From Hyphochytrium catenoides (taxonomy: Eukaryota > Protista > Hyphochytriomycota): 64,000 bases of DNA. Under the pieces are notes generated by a model that had not been told where the DNA came from, did not search any database, and saw only the letters and a list, made by a program, of their open reading frames with translations. The position numbers and the translations under genes were made by a program. Position 1 is the first letter of the stretch. Each line of letters begins with the position of its first letter. The stretch is from assembly GCA_900088475.1 (NCBI GenBank), contig FLMG01002184.1, positions 62,974 through 126,973 of the forward strand, read 5' to 3'. This document shows positions 25,753-37,900 of the stretch, one piece after another.

Positions 25753-25812
25753 AAAGCGAACTTAGACTGTTCAAGCAAAACGGGTGAGGGTCATGTTCCT
25801 TTCGGGTGCGTC

Positions 25813-26833
25813 TTAAGCTTGTGTTTGGGTCGCTCGAAGCTCCCGTCGCCGAATTCTACGGGAACCACTTTAGTGCTTTGCTAGTGCAAGTCGTCACGAT
25901 GAGCAATCCATTTACCTTTCTAGCTCAACTTCTAGCTCCGTATCTGGGACAAGTGACTGTGCTGTCACTCTCTTAGAGCATCCTGCAAGCCCACACAGAG
26001 ATGTTAATTAAGCAAATAAAATCTGATCAAAGCTTCCGAATATCACCTGCGATGGGACAAGCTGTGGTTTTGTTTCTCTTCAATAAGGCCATGATTCCCT
26101 CCTTGGAATAGCTATGACCGCAAAGAGTACTAGAGAACGTGGTGTTTAGAAGTCGATGTAATGGAAAATTGAAGACACACGACAAACCATTTAAGCGGAC
26201 TCCGCATATCTTGTCTGGTAACAGGGCATTTTCTCTGGACTTGGCCGTCGTCCTCAAAGACTACATCCTCGTCCTGGTTTTCCTGTGTTGGAACAGATCG
26301 TGAGACGACGAAGGCTCATCACTGAATTGACGCCAGACTCACACACCCTAAAAATGTCTTGGAAGGTCTTGTAGTGCTTGTGGCTCTTGTTATCCTGCGC
26401 CGCATGACTTTGCCTTAGACGCTCAAGCTCTTGCTTAATGACAGGGTAAAAGTCATAGTCGTCAGACTGGAGAGGAAATGTCAGCTTAAGTAAGGCAAAT
26501 CCCCAATTCGACTTTCACCAACCGACCTCGTCCATGGGCATCTGGAGACCATCGATGACCTGTCCAAAGGCGGTAATGTTTCGCGAGAGATCTATCCAAG
26601 TATTCAAAGCTGCCTCCATCCTCTCAACCTTACATGGGCGCCAGTTAATGTTAGGTGGGGTAACTTCGACAAACGGCACTCACCTCAGCTGGGTACTCTC
26701 CTTCTTCCTTCTTGATTGTCCTTGCCAGGCCATATAAGAGGCTGAGTCCAGTGGTCTCATCTCGCTGAAGCTGCTCCAATTTCCATTTGGCATCCTTGAC
26801 CTCCCGTCGGAAGGACTGAGTAGCAGCGTCCAT
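25813..26833 (-). CDS. NSE2: SP-RING SUMO E3 ligase NSE2/MMS21 (SMC5/6 subunit)
   Basis: Spliced C-terminus EDVVFEDDGQVQRKCPVTRQDMRSPLKC|TLCGHSYSKEGIMALL...CPIAG|CSKRVTAQSLVPDTELE matches the Nse2 SP-RING spacing; helical N-terminus. Confidence 0.85.
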
Positions 26834-27087
26834 GCTCTGTACGCAGATTGTGAAGGGTTCCAAGAGTCTGTTCTGGTACGCTGGCTATGGTTCCTTCGAG
26901 CTCACAGAGCCCAACTTCCCGTCAAAATAGCCAATGTCACTGCTTCTGAAGCGTTATGTAGAAAAGTAGAGCGGCTGCCCAGCACCAACTGCATTAAGAA
27001 GGTCTCAACTATGAGAGGCAACTACTTGTAGGAAGATGCAGCTGGGGCCTTTCTGACGATCTCTCGTTCGCGCGTTTTGTCTGCAAA

Positions 27088-27140
27088 CTCCCGCCAAATA
27101 AATATTCTTGCCTGAATCGCAAATTTTTGCGCCGAAAATT
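27088..27140 (-). promoter_or_regulatory. E2F-like sites upstream of NSE2
   Basis: TTTGGCGGGAG (minus, 27088-27098) and dyad AATTTTTGCGCCGAAAATT (27122-27140). Confidence 0.35.
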
Positions 27141-27787
27141 GAAGACCCTGTGAGGGGTGGTTCCGAATCTTACGAAGGGACTAAGTGTTATATTACCCTC
27201 ACCATGTGCGCTTTACGAGGATAAGCAGAAAAAGGCAAGAGTATACCAAAAGTACCAAAATATACGTTACCTGTTCTAAAGACATACCAAAAATTAACAC
27301 CCACCCTCTTCTGCTCATCCTCAAAACTACGAAGGGGTTCAAAAATGGTGATCATGGTGAAGCCCATAAGAGAAACAGAAGTTTCTGCAGGGCGCCGGCA
27401 TGAGAGCAGTCCTGTTCAATCATTGAGAACTGATGTGGAGCCTTGGGAAATGTTGTAGGGTATGATAGCGGATGTAAGGTGTCTCCACTTTCGACTCGAC
27501 ATCTCCTACTCTATTAGAACTCTAACCTTAGGCTATTGAACTTTACATTAGTATGCCTTCCTATCGTAGTCGTGCACTGCGTTTGAAAGTGCATGATAGT
27601 GAGCATAAGAACAACTAGTCGCGATCTCCTCCAAGATGCCTGAAGATTGTGGCGCAGGCATCTCTTGCAAGTGCCACAAATGTGGTCCCACAAAGAGATC
27701 ATCCAGAAGATGGTGGTAGTCGTACTTAGGTCGTCAGTGCCCCTTGGTTTTGATAAAGTGGCGAAGTCAGCGTAGAGTGGAGAGACT

Positions 27788-28660
27788 TTAGTAGACTGCG
27801 GCAGCAATCTTCGCTAGTAAGCGGTCATCCCAACTTCTACCTCTTGTTAATTTCCGCCTCTTTCTGCCATCTGTCCTATCTCTTTTGCCAGAAATAGCAC
27901 CACCCTCTTCCTCCAGGTAGTGCCGACTCCTGTCTCTGGCATGTGAAAGTGCAGCCTTTCTTGTTCTCTCTATTCTGCTTTGGTCGTTGATAACGTCCTG
28001 GGAGAAGCGAGAAACCTGCAGGAAGTCTCTCAAGCAGAAGATGGTGACAGTTTCACCAAGCTCTGTTGATGAGTTAGGTAGAGCCACGCGACAATGGTCA
28101 GGCCAAGACTAAGCAAGTGCTGCTCGTTTAGAGGTCCAGTACCTTCAAAAGCGTTTTCAGCAAACTGGTCTTTGGCAACCAACCGCTTGATCTCTTGAGG
28201 TCTTGATCTCGGTGCTAGTAAGTCTTGAAGCTCTGCATTTATGTCAAGTAGTGTTAGTGAGCGCCCACTGATACAGTTTCTGGTCAGCTTGCGCCACCTT
28301 GCTTTTTCTTAGCTTCAGCTTCATGAGATGGACAGGTCTTGCCAGATGCTAAGCAGCACTTAGCACACATCGCGTAGCTACAATCTGTAATACCAGGCGA
28401 GAAGAACAGCGATTAAGCTTTGGCCAGCATGTGTCGTCTCTAATGTTCTACCTACTTTTCTTGCTTGGAAACCTATTACAGGTGGTGCACTTCGGCAGTT
28501 GGAGGAGGCTGTGTTTTGCTGTCTTGCTAGTAACCTTCGTCTCGGCCGCATCACTTCCATTTGCAGCAGGATGATTCATCCCTTTCGCCCTCCGAGTGGC
28601 GACTGTGGCTTTCTCGCCGGTCAATCTAGAGTCTGAAGTCCCCTTCTTTCCTCTAGGCAT
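27788..28660 (-). CDS. 218-aa basic protein with a SHI/DUS1L-like Cys/His zinc finger; exons 28456-28660, 28298-28384, 28143-28232, 27788-28062
   Basis: Three GT-AG introns (71, 65, 80 nt) give one 657-nt ORF containing CTTCNRFPSKKNCSYAMCAKCCLASGKTCPSH. Confidence 0.72.
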
Positions 28661-30469
28661 CACTACTTTCCTTTTAAGGCAGATCTTACAGCTGTTGATA
28701 CTGTCACCCTACCCAGCAATAACAGCAACAACCAATGTTCAGCGAGAGAATTGATAGTCTCACAGCTTCATTATTACAATCGAAGACGAAGAGCGGATGT
28801 GCCATGGTGCCTCTCTTATAAAAGAGAAGTGGGAGGAGGGAGAAGGCGCTGATGGTGATGATGCCATGATGCCAGTCCTTACAGGGCTACAGGGGATTTT
28901 CAGAGCTAGTCCATTTTGGCGGGAGCATGAGTTACTTTGTCTCAAGGATACTTTGAAACAGTGAAATATAAAACTCAACTGAAGGCTTTGTAATCAATGA
29001 CAAATAGCAAGAGACGGAAACTCTCAGTATACAAGGATAGGGAGACTGAGGAAGAGTGAAATTTATCAATGTTTTGTGCAATTCTTAGTAAAAAATCCCC
29101 CCTCTTTTTTCTCAATTCTCACGAGAGCATTAGGATTATCAAAGATTCTCTGGGCTAGTTACTGTACCGACTAAACGCCAATGACCACCAAAGACTTTTG
29201 AGTTGTTGAGTTCTGGTCCTGAACTCGAGTCGTTTCACTCGGAGTCTCAAGGAGTCCATCATCCCAGCCTGTCTATTCTGATGATGAATCTATCAGAAAC
29301 TCACCGGCAACTCTGACCTCTTCTGATGTGATGCAGCAGCAATCCTTGCTGGCCATCAGGGCCCTATTTCAAAATCTCAACGTAATAAAGAAAGCTACAA
29401 TGTGATTGCTCTTGTTGTGATCTTTGTAGGCACGAGCCTTCCTTTGTTCGATCCGTGTACCTATGGCTTTTTGCATTCACTTCCATAAGTCCTTGGCAAT
29501 CCATTGTTGAAGAAATACTCATCATCTGAAGCGCGCTCTCTCCTCTGCGGTTGGATTTTTTTCTTCAAGAATAGCAGAAACTGTTCTTGTTCTTATTGCT
29601 TCTCCATTTCCCTCCTCAAAGTACATTCTTAGGAGAATAGCATGCTTCTTTTTTCCCTTCACTGATGATGGTGTCAGAAGCGGAGTCGAGCAGTCACATT
29701 TCTTAGCTCTTGTCTCTCCCTATTATTATCCCTTTTGCCATATCACTCTTTCTTCCTCGCCATCCTTCCTAATATGAGTAGTAGCTGACATCCAGCCGCA
29801 TATCACTACGTCAGGAACAGTTGATGGTAAGGCGGTTAGGCGCCCTCCCTCTTTCCTATACCCCAATTGTAGGTTTACTAGAGGATTATGATCAACCCGG
29901 TCAACGTGCACTGACGAGAGGTTTTGCTGAGGCACTGTAAGCCCCTTGTGATCCATCCGTGATTGCGGCATCCACAATAACCTAGAGCACATGGTGCTCT
30001 CCCAATAAGAGTGGATTTCATATTTTTATAAAAATAATAGCTGCTTCTTCAGTACAGAATCAGGACTGTGTTAACTCCCTCAAAGATCTGGGGAGAGTAA
30101 GCTCCGGCTGCCTTCCATCAATATTCCAAAGCTCTTATCGACGTTTGGTCAACTTAGGATCATTGTTGTGCTATTGAAAAGCAGCGTGTAAAACTCCAGA
30201 CGGCGAAAGTACCCCACCCTGAAGCCATAGTAAGAGTGCGTAGGTGTGTGATGATATTCGTGCAGTAATGGAGAAAACGGTTCAATGATAGGCTCACAAT
30301 AACTCCTCCCCGACAATGTTATGGGATAGGTATCATGACAGGAAGCAGCCAACGAGGAAAGTCAGGGGCCCTAAGCAATACCATGATAACTGACAGTTGT
30401 CAAGTGGATAGCTGAGGCACCACATCCGATTGATGTGGAAGCTGGTCTAGCCCTCAGCCTACGCTTAGG

Positions 30470-31242
30470 CTAGTAGCTACGAATAATTATCGCCTCCACT
30501 ATGACAAAGATCAGTCTGCGTAAATAGAAGCGTATCCGTGAGCAAGGCCGGCAAACTCAAAACGATCTAGTGAGTGGAGGGGGTACTCGCCTGAAAAGAC
30601 TGAAACAGGAGATAAGTGCGTAGTAAACAATTTTGCCAATAGTCTCCTTCTTGAGTCTCTTAAGCACTGGATTCTTAAGTATCTCGGTTGGGTCTACCAT
30701 CTCGTCCTTCTGATGTATCCTGAAACGTGGGAGGATAAATTGTCGATATCATAGAGTAAGCGAGGCATGGTAGAGCAAGAGAAAGCGACAAAGACTTACT
30801 TTCGGAGATGCCACATGGCCAAGGGTATATTAACGGCGAAGAAGGCTAACTGCCATGTTACCAGCAACAGTCCCACAAATACGAGATGGCCAACGATTTC
30901 TGGGTCTGGCCTCAGAAAGAGAAAGGGAAGACGGGAGGAAGAGTTAGGTGGGAGGATTATAGGGTGGTGCGTGCCATGCAACCCAGCAGGCGGAGTAAGA
31001 GCTCTTACACACTAGCCGGTTGAGCGATTCTGCTACATCTGATGGATTGAGATAGTCCTCCTCAAGATCTTGGATCTTCGTGAGCTAAAGCATCATTAGG
31101 AAGTCAGTACAGATTCAACCGTAGAGAAGCACATTAGCCTTATGATAGCGATCCTCACCCAGAAAAGGGCCACCCCTACAAGAGAAATCCCAATCAAATA
31201 TGCTATGAGCTCGAGAACGAAGAGCACTGTTGCAAGCACCAT
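30470..31242 (-). CDS. CNIH: Cornichon / Erv14 family ER cargo receptor (5 exons; last intron GC-AG)
   Basis: Spliced: MVLATVLF...ALFW|LTKIQDLEEDYLNPSDVAESLNRLV|YPEIVGH...NIPLAMWH...VDPTEI...KKETIGKIVYY...; DLExDYxNP, PE and DxTEI motifs. Confidence 0.88.
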
Positions 31243-31521
31243 TTCTCGATAACTGTCAGCAGCAGGAAGAACCCAAGGCCTTACTAAGTAAGAGCAACCT
31301 CTTCGCTGTACGATCGACACGTTTGTATGGAGCTGACAAACACAGCAGACTGACTCCTCAGCAAGCGGTATGAGAAGTTACAGATGTCCTCTGCCAGAAC
31401 GAGGCATTCTGATTCTTGGCTTGTCATGAGCTTGATTCTTTGGATCCATGGGCATCTCACTGCTGCCAGCTCCAGTTTTTCTGCCTTGCTTGGAAAAAAA
31501 ATGTTCAAGAATGCGGAGGAC

Positions 31522-31800
31522 CTGTACATGTATGTACTGTAGAACTACATGCATGTACAGTAGAATACATTTAGAATGCAAAGGAGCGCTGCTAAACAGA
31601 TTTAGAATGGAACCACCCGCTCCAATACAGTACAGTACTGTATACAGTACTGTGTTCAGTACATCAACTTGCAAGGAGCTTATTATGAATCCACATATGT
31701 AAAACGGTACAGTAGTGTTTTGTACAATGTAGAAGTACAGTACCGTAGGAGTCAAATAGGAACGTTGGTCGCACTTGTAGTGGTAGTACAAATAGTAGAA
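31522..31800. repeat. GTAC / TACAGTA / TACATGTA palindrome-rich tract in the cornichon-dynein divergent intergenic region
   Basis: 12 GTAC counted in about 270 nt; perfect 22-nt palindrome ACAGTACTGTATACAGTACTGT at 31632-31653. Confidence 0.8.
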
Positions 31801-31969
31801 CTGTGCTGTGTAACCGCGCCAGCCCTCCCCAAGCGTCAAGCGTCGCTTCGTCGGCAATGAGCTGCAGATTCTCTCGGCAGCAGTGCTCATTTTAATTCTC
31901 GATTCGAGGTACGAGGAAGCTGGCCGATGTAACAGCCTCAGAAGCTACGGTGCTCCGAAGGGGTGAACC

Positions 31970-34900
31970 ATGGCTCTGAGTGCTAGACACCGTTGGTGTG
32001 TCCAAAAGCTTGGCGAGAGCTTTGGGCCTGCGGTGACCGAAGCAGATATCGAAGCGTTCCTTCGCCAAGAAGAAGTTCTTCACTCTTTCAATGAGCTTTT
32101 TAAAGGAAGTGGGCCCCAGCAGCTCTTCGTGTTCTATCAGTCTCCCGATGTGAAGAATAAGGTATGGGCTCCTATCAGTATCGCCATATACAGCTACCTG
32201 ACCGCCGTACGTCAAGGCTGGAGAGTACGTCTCCTCAGACGGCCCTCCAAAGCTAGTCCTAACGAATGGCGACGATGTTAAATTGCGCTCCAAATGCTGC
32301 TACTTTATTAGAAGCACAGAAGGGAGGCCAGTTGATACAACCAAGGTTCGCCCATAAGAGTATCCATAATAGCCTTCGTCCTGGTCACAAATGGACTAAA
32401 AACTCGTGACAAAACAGGTGTCTGATGCTGAACTTCTGGCTGGAGAGTTGGAAGCAAACTGTCTCAAGACGATGCAGACACTTCTCTCCAATCTCTACCG
32501 TCCTCTACTGGGCGCCAGGTCAGACTGGGGAAAAGCAGAGCCACTCCAGCAACAGGAAGTGCTCCAAGACGTGGACAAGTTTGCAATGAACCTTCAGGAA
32601 GCTCTGAAAAGCGTCGTCGGTGGCGTAGAGTTACGCAAGCCTGACAAAGCCCAGCTCGAGCTTGATGTCAGAAAACTGTCTCAAGACGCGACAGTTGTCA
32701 AGAACTTTCAAGGTAAGGAAGCATTAGGGAAGTGTACGTAATTGTGTGAGTCCAACTAACCTACTGCAATTCTAGCGCTTGTGGAGGAATGGTGTGCCAT
32801 TATTGAAAGCTGCTTGCAGCAGAAAGATGAGGAGAATGAACCCGACCAGTCTATGGGAGGTCCGATGACGGAGCTCGAGTATTGGAGAAAGCGTATGCAG
32901 AGATTGACAAGCATTACAGAGCATCTAAAATCCAAGGAATGCAAACTTGTCACGTCTACATTGCAGATGACTACAAAAAGCCCGGACGACGTCCACAGAA
33001 CCAAGCTACTGAGTCTGCTTCGCCGATGGAAGTCCATAGACATCAGCATTACGGAGGCTGCCAACGAAGCCAAAGATAACGTCAAATATCTCTTCACTCT
33101 CGAGAGATTTATTCAGCCACTGTACACAGGCACTCCCTCCACCATCATCGACACATTGCCAGCTTTGATCAACTCAATCAAGATGATCCTCACCATTGCC
33201 CGCTACTACAACACCTCAGACAGGTTAACGGGCCTGTTCCAGAAGATTACCTTCCAGATGATTGCTAAGTGTAAGGACTGCATTCTCAATAGTAATGGAG
33301 AGCCTAAGTCCTTGTGGGAGCAAAACCCCGAGGAGCTAATCCGCAATCTTGAGTCGTGCTTAAAACTCAATGAAGCATATCAAGAGCAGTACCGAATCGT
33401 GAAAGAGAAGCTCCAAACCACTCCGAAGGGAAAGCAGTTTGATTTCCCGGAAGCTCAGATATTTGGCAAGCTGGATCTGTTCTGCAGGCGAATAGTGAAG
33501 CTTATTGACATGTTCAGCACCATCCACCAGTTCGATGCTCTGTCCCGGCATCGTTTGGAAGGGATGGAGCCACTAATAGAGCAATTCCATAACATAGTCA
33601 AGGACTTCAAGAACAAGAGGCATGACCTTCTGGATTATCATAACAACAAGTTTGACAGAGACTATGTGGAGTTCAACGTCCATATCTCGGATTTGGAAGG
33701 CTCACTGCAGCAGTTTATCAATCAACGCTTTGATAGCATCACAAGCATCGAACAATCACTGAATCTTCTCCGAAAGTTCCAGACCATCCTGCAGCGCGAA
33801 AACCTCAAGAGCGATCTCGACTCCAAGTTCAACCTTATCTTTCAAAACTATGCCGTAGAGCTGGAGAATGTCCAAGAGCTCTATGAGAAGCACAAACAAA
33901 ACCCACCTATTCCTAGAGACTTACCGCCGGTAGCTGGCAACATAAAATGGTCCCGACATCTGCTCAAACGGATTGAAGAGCCCATGAAGAGGTTTGAAAG
34001 CAATCAAATAGTGTTAGCGAGCAAGGACGCTAAGCGCATCATCAAGCAGTACAACAAAGTTGCCCGTACCCTTGTGGCTTTTGAGTACCTATGGTATCAG
34101 GCCTGGGTGAAGTCAATTGATGAGGCCAAAGCTGGGCTCCATGCTACATTAGTCGTTCGTCACCCAGAAGACGGCCATCTTTACGTCAACTTTGACACAG
34201 AGGTTCTTCAGCTCATTCGTGAGGCGAAGTGCCTAGATCGAATGTCAATCGAGATCCCAGAATCAGCCAAGATTGTCCTTTTGCAGGAGGAGAAGTTCAA
34301 ATCGTACTATAATGAACTTCAGCATACTCTAACCAAGTACGAGCGGGTGGTCAAGAGGGTGATCCCAGTGACAGCGACCCTTCTTCAGCCACATTTCAAC
34401 GACATGGAGTATAAGCTACGGCCTGGCATGACCACTCTGACCTGGACCTCCATGAACATAGACAGCTATAAGAATATTATCCAGACAGGGCTGCAGAAGT
34501 TGGAGGAACTAGTGCACAACATAAGGGATATAGTGGAGAACAGGATTGAGAAAAACCTGAAAATTGTCAGCAAGACGCGACTCGTGAGCTTGCCCGAAGA
34601 CCGGTCGTACACTCTGGACGAATTCGTTGCCATTCAGGAGAAGATCATGCACAAGGAAAGCGCTCTTTTACAAGGCAAAAATGTAGAGGTTGAGAATGCT
34701 GTCGAGGACCTGATCAAAGTGATCCTCAGCTATTCCCTCAGTAAGCCTGTGATCTCGGTCCCATCTGAGGAAGTTCAAAAGCTACGAAAGCACTACAATC
34801 ACTTCATGTACCAGGCTTTGCTACACTGCACGAAGAACTCTCTTAACCTTATGAAGAGAAGAGTTTCCTATCGAGAAGGGGGACACTTTGCATTCCATGG

Positions 34901-37900
34901 GCGTCCACTCTTTGATGTGGAGGTAGTACTTACGCCACCAAAGGTGTCCCTTCACCCTAATCTTGACGAGATTCAGAATTGCATCAACAGGGCAGCAAAG
35001 ACTGTTCTTGCCTGCACCAAGACTTTGTGGAAGTGGGGCCAATCAGGCCAGCCAGAAGATGCCTTACAGCCTAGGAAGGCGTTCTTCGACAAGATCACGA
35101 AGGATATTGAGATAGTGCGCGTAGTGCTACTCCTTACTGGTAGCATTCATGGCACCAGGAATGGTGTAGAGAATTCTCTAGCTAAGTTTGAGCAGTTTCA
35201 CTGGCTGTGGAGGGAGGACAAGGCAGAAGCATATGCGGAGTTTACGAAGCAACAACCTCAACTTACCGACTATGAGCAGGAGCTCCTAAGATTTGCCGCC
35301 ACCGAAAACACAGTGGAACAGACTCAGCCAGTAGAAGTCATCGGTGCTCTCTCTCTCAATACTCGGACACTTAAGAAGCAACTGATCAAAGAGGCAGAGC
35401 GTTGGAAGACGCAATACTCAGAGAATCTTCACAATGAAGCGCGGTCCCGGATGAATACATTGATGGATTACTTTCGCACCACTACTGGCAAGCTTCACAG
35501 AGAGGTTGTCGACCTCGATTCCTTGGGATTCGTGATGACGATCTTGAAGGAAGTCAGGCGGAAGGAGTCTGATATAGATCGAGAAATCGGTCCAATTCTT
35601 GAAATGTATCGGCTCCTGGAGAAGTACCTTTCAGACTTCATGGATAAGGAGGAAATGGACCAGAAAAGCATTCTAAGTGCCAGCTGGAAGAAGACCATTC
35701 GCTTGGCTGAGCAGCGAGCTGCTGAACTTAGCAAGTCGCAGGGGACATTCAAGCGCGGGCTGCTAAAAGATATCCGTGCTTTTATGGCTGATATTGTGGC
35801 CTTCAGGAAGGACTTTCTTCTCAACGGCCCAATGGTGCGGGGCATACGGCCAATGGACGCAGTGGAACGTCTAGGGCGATACAAAGAGGAGTATCAGATC
35901 CGTAATAGAAAGTATGAGCTGTATGCTAGTGGCGAGGACCTTTTTGCTCTGGATCGCACAGAGTATCCGGAGCTGGTGCAGACGCAAAAAGAGTTGGAGC
36001 TTCTGGACAAACTGTTCGGCTTGTACCAGGACGTCATAAAGACCCTAGAAGAATGGAAGAGTATCCCTTGGATCAACGTGCCCGATGCTATGCAGAGCAT
36101 GACGGAGAAGGTGGACCAGTTCTCCTTCCGCTGCAAGAGGCTGCCACAGAAGCTCAAGGATTGGGAGGCCTACCACGAGTTAAAGAAGGCCATCGATGAC
36201 TTCTCAACCGTGCTCCCGTTGTTGCAAGAGCTGAGTAAGCCTTCTATAAGGCAACGGCACTGGCAGGAAATAATGAAGATTACTGGGTCCAGTTTCGATG
36301 TCGAGCGGACAGACTTCAAACTCAGTGCCATTTTGGACGCCAATCTTGTGGACCATAAGTCAGAAATCGAGGAGATTATTGATAGCGCTGACAAGCAACT
36401 AAAGATTGAGAAGTCTCTGAAAGATATTGCAGAGCGGTGGGAGAAGGAGGAGTTTCAGTTCCAAGACTGGAAAGGTCGAAACATAAGTGTTCTAAAGGCT
36501 GTAGTGCCCGTTGTGGAGGAGCTAGAGGAAGCGCAAATGAACATTCAAACGATGTTGACCATGAGGCATGTCCTACCTTTCAAGGAAGAATGTCAGACAA
36601 GATTGCAAGTGCTCTCGGATACGTCCGATACGTTGGAAAGGTGGATTAAAGTCCAGCTCCTTTGGTGTTCGCTGGAATCTGTCTTCACCGGCGGGGATAT
36701 TGCAAAACAAATGCCATTGGAAGCAAAAAAGTTCTCGAAGATTGACAAGGACTGGGCAAAGATTATGGCAAAAGCCGTCGAGACATCGATTGTCCTTGAA
36801 TGCTGTGCCAATGAAACCCTCAAAGAATCCCTGCCCACGATGTATTCCGAGCTAGAGAAATGCCAAAAGTCCCTGGAAGGATATCTGGAGCAGAAGAGAA
36901 ACAAGTTCCCTCGATTCTACTTTGTCTCTAACCCCGGTCTGCTCATTATCCTGTCTCAGGGCTCTGATCCTCTTTCTATGAACCAGCATTATGAGAAGGT
37001 CTTTGACAGCATTGAGAAAGTGGTCCATAACGCCAAAGACAAGACTGTGATTATGAGCATGATATCAGCAGTGGAGGAAGTCCCATTTTCTACACCTCTC
37101 AAAGCAGTCGGTAACATTGAAGACTGGCTAAGTGAGCTCTGTAAGGAGATGCAGAGGACAATGAAGGATATTTGTAGGAATTGCGCTGCGGATGTCAGTC
37201 AATTAGGTGCGGATGTCAAGAATCTGAAGTCATTCGTAGACAACTATATTGCTCAATTTGCTCTTCTGGGCATCCAGCTAATGTGGACCTCAGATTGCCA
37301 GTCAGCTTTAGAGCAATGCAAAACCAAAAAGACGGCAATGAAGGACTGCGTCACCAGACAGAATCAGGTGTTGACTGAACTCTCCTCTTGGTGTCTTCAA
37401 GATCTCGGATCGAGGGAAAATAGACGGAAGATCGAGACTTTGATCACCATCCATGTTCACCAGCGCGATGTGACCAATGACCTATCAAGCTTGCACAAGC
37501 AGAAAAAGATTGGAGATCCAAATGACTTTGAATGGCTTAAGCAAGCAAGGTTCTATTGGAGGCCTGGAAACCGCGATGAGATATCTGATGACGCTGCTTG
37601 TGTCATCTCTATCTCAGACGTGGACTTCAACTATCAGTTCGAGTACCTGGGGTCCAAAGAGCGGCTTGTCATTACGCCTCTCACTGACAGATGCTACATT
37701 ACACTTGCACAAGCTCTGGGAATGTACTTTGGTGGTGCACCTGCGGGGCCTGCTGGTACCGGCAAAACCGAGACAGTTAAGGATCTAGGTCGAGCTCTGG
37801 GTCTCTATGTGGTGGTCACAAACTGTACTGATCAGCAGAAATACACAGACTGTGCCAAGATCTTCAAAGGTCTCTGCATGGGAGGGCTTTGGGGATGCTT

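Noticed and set aside
31378-31890. ORFs of 63-170 aa across the GTAC-rich tract
   Set aside because: Their Tyr/Thr/Val/Cys-rich composition simply mirrors the DNA motif
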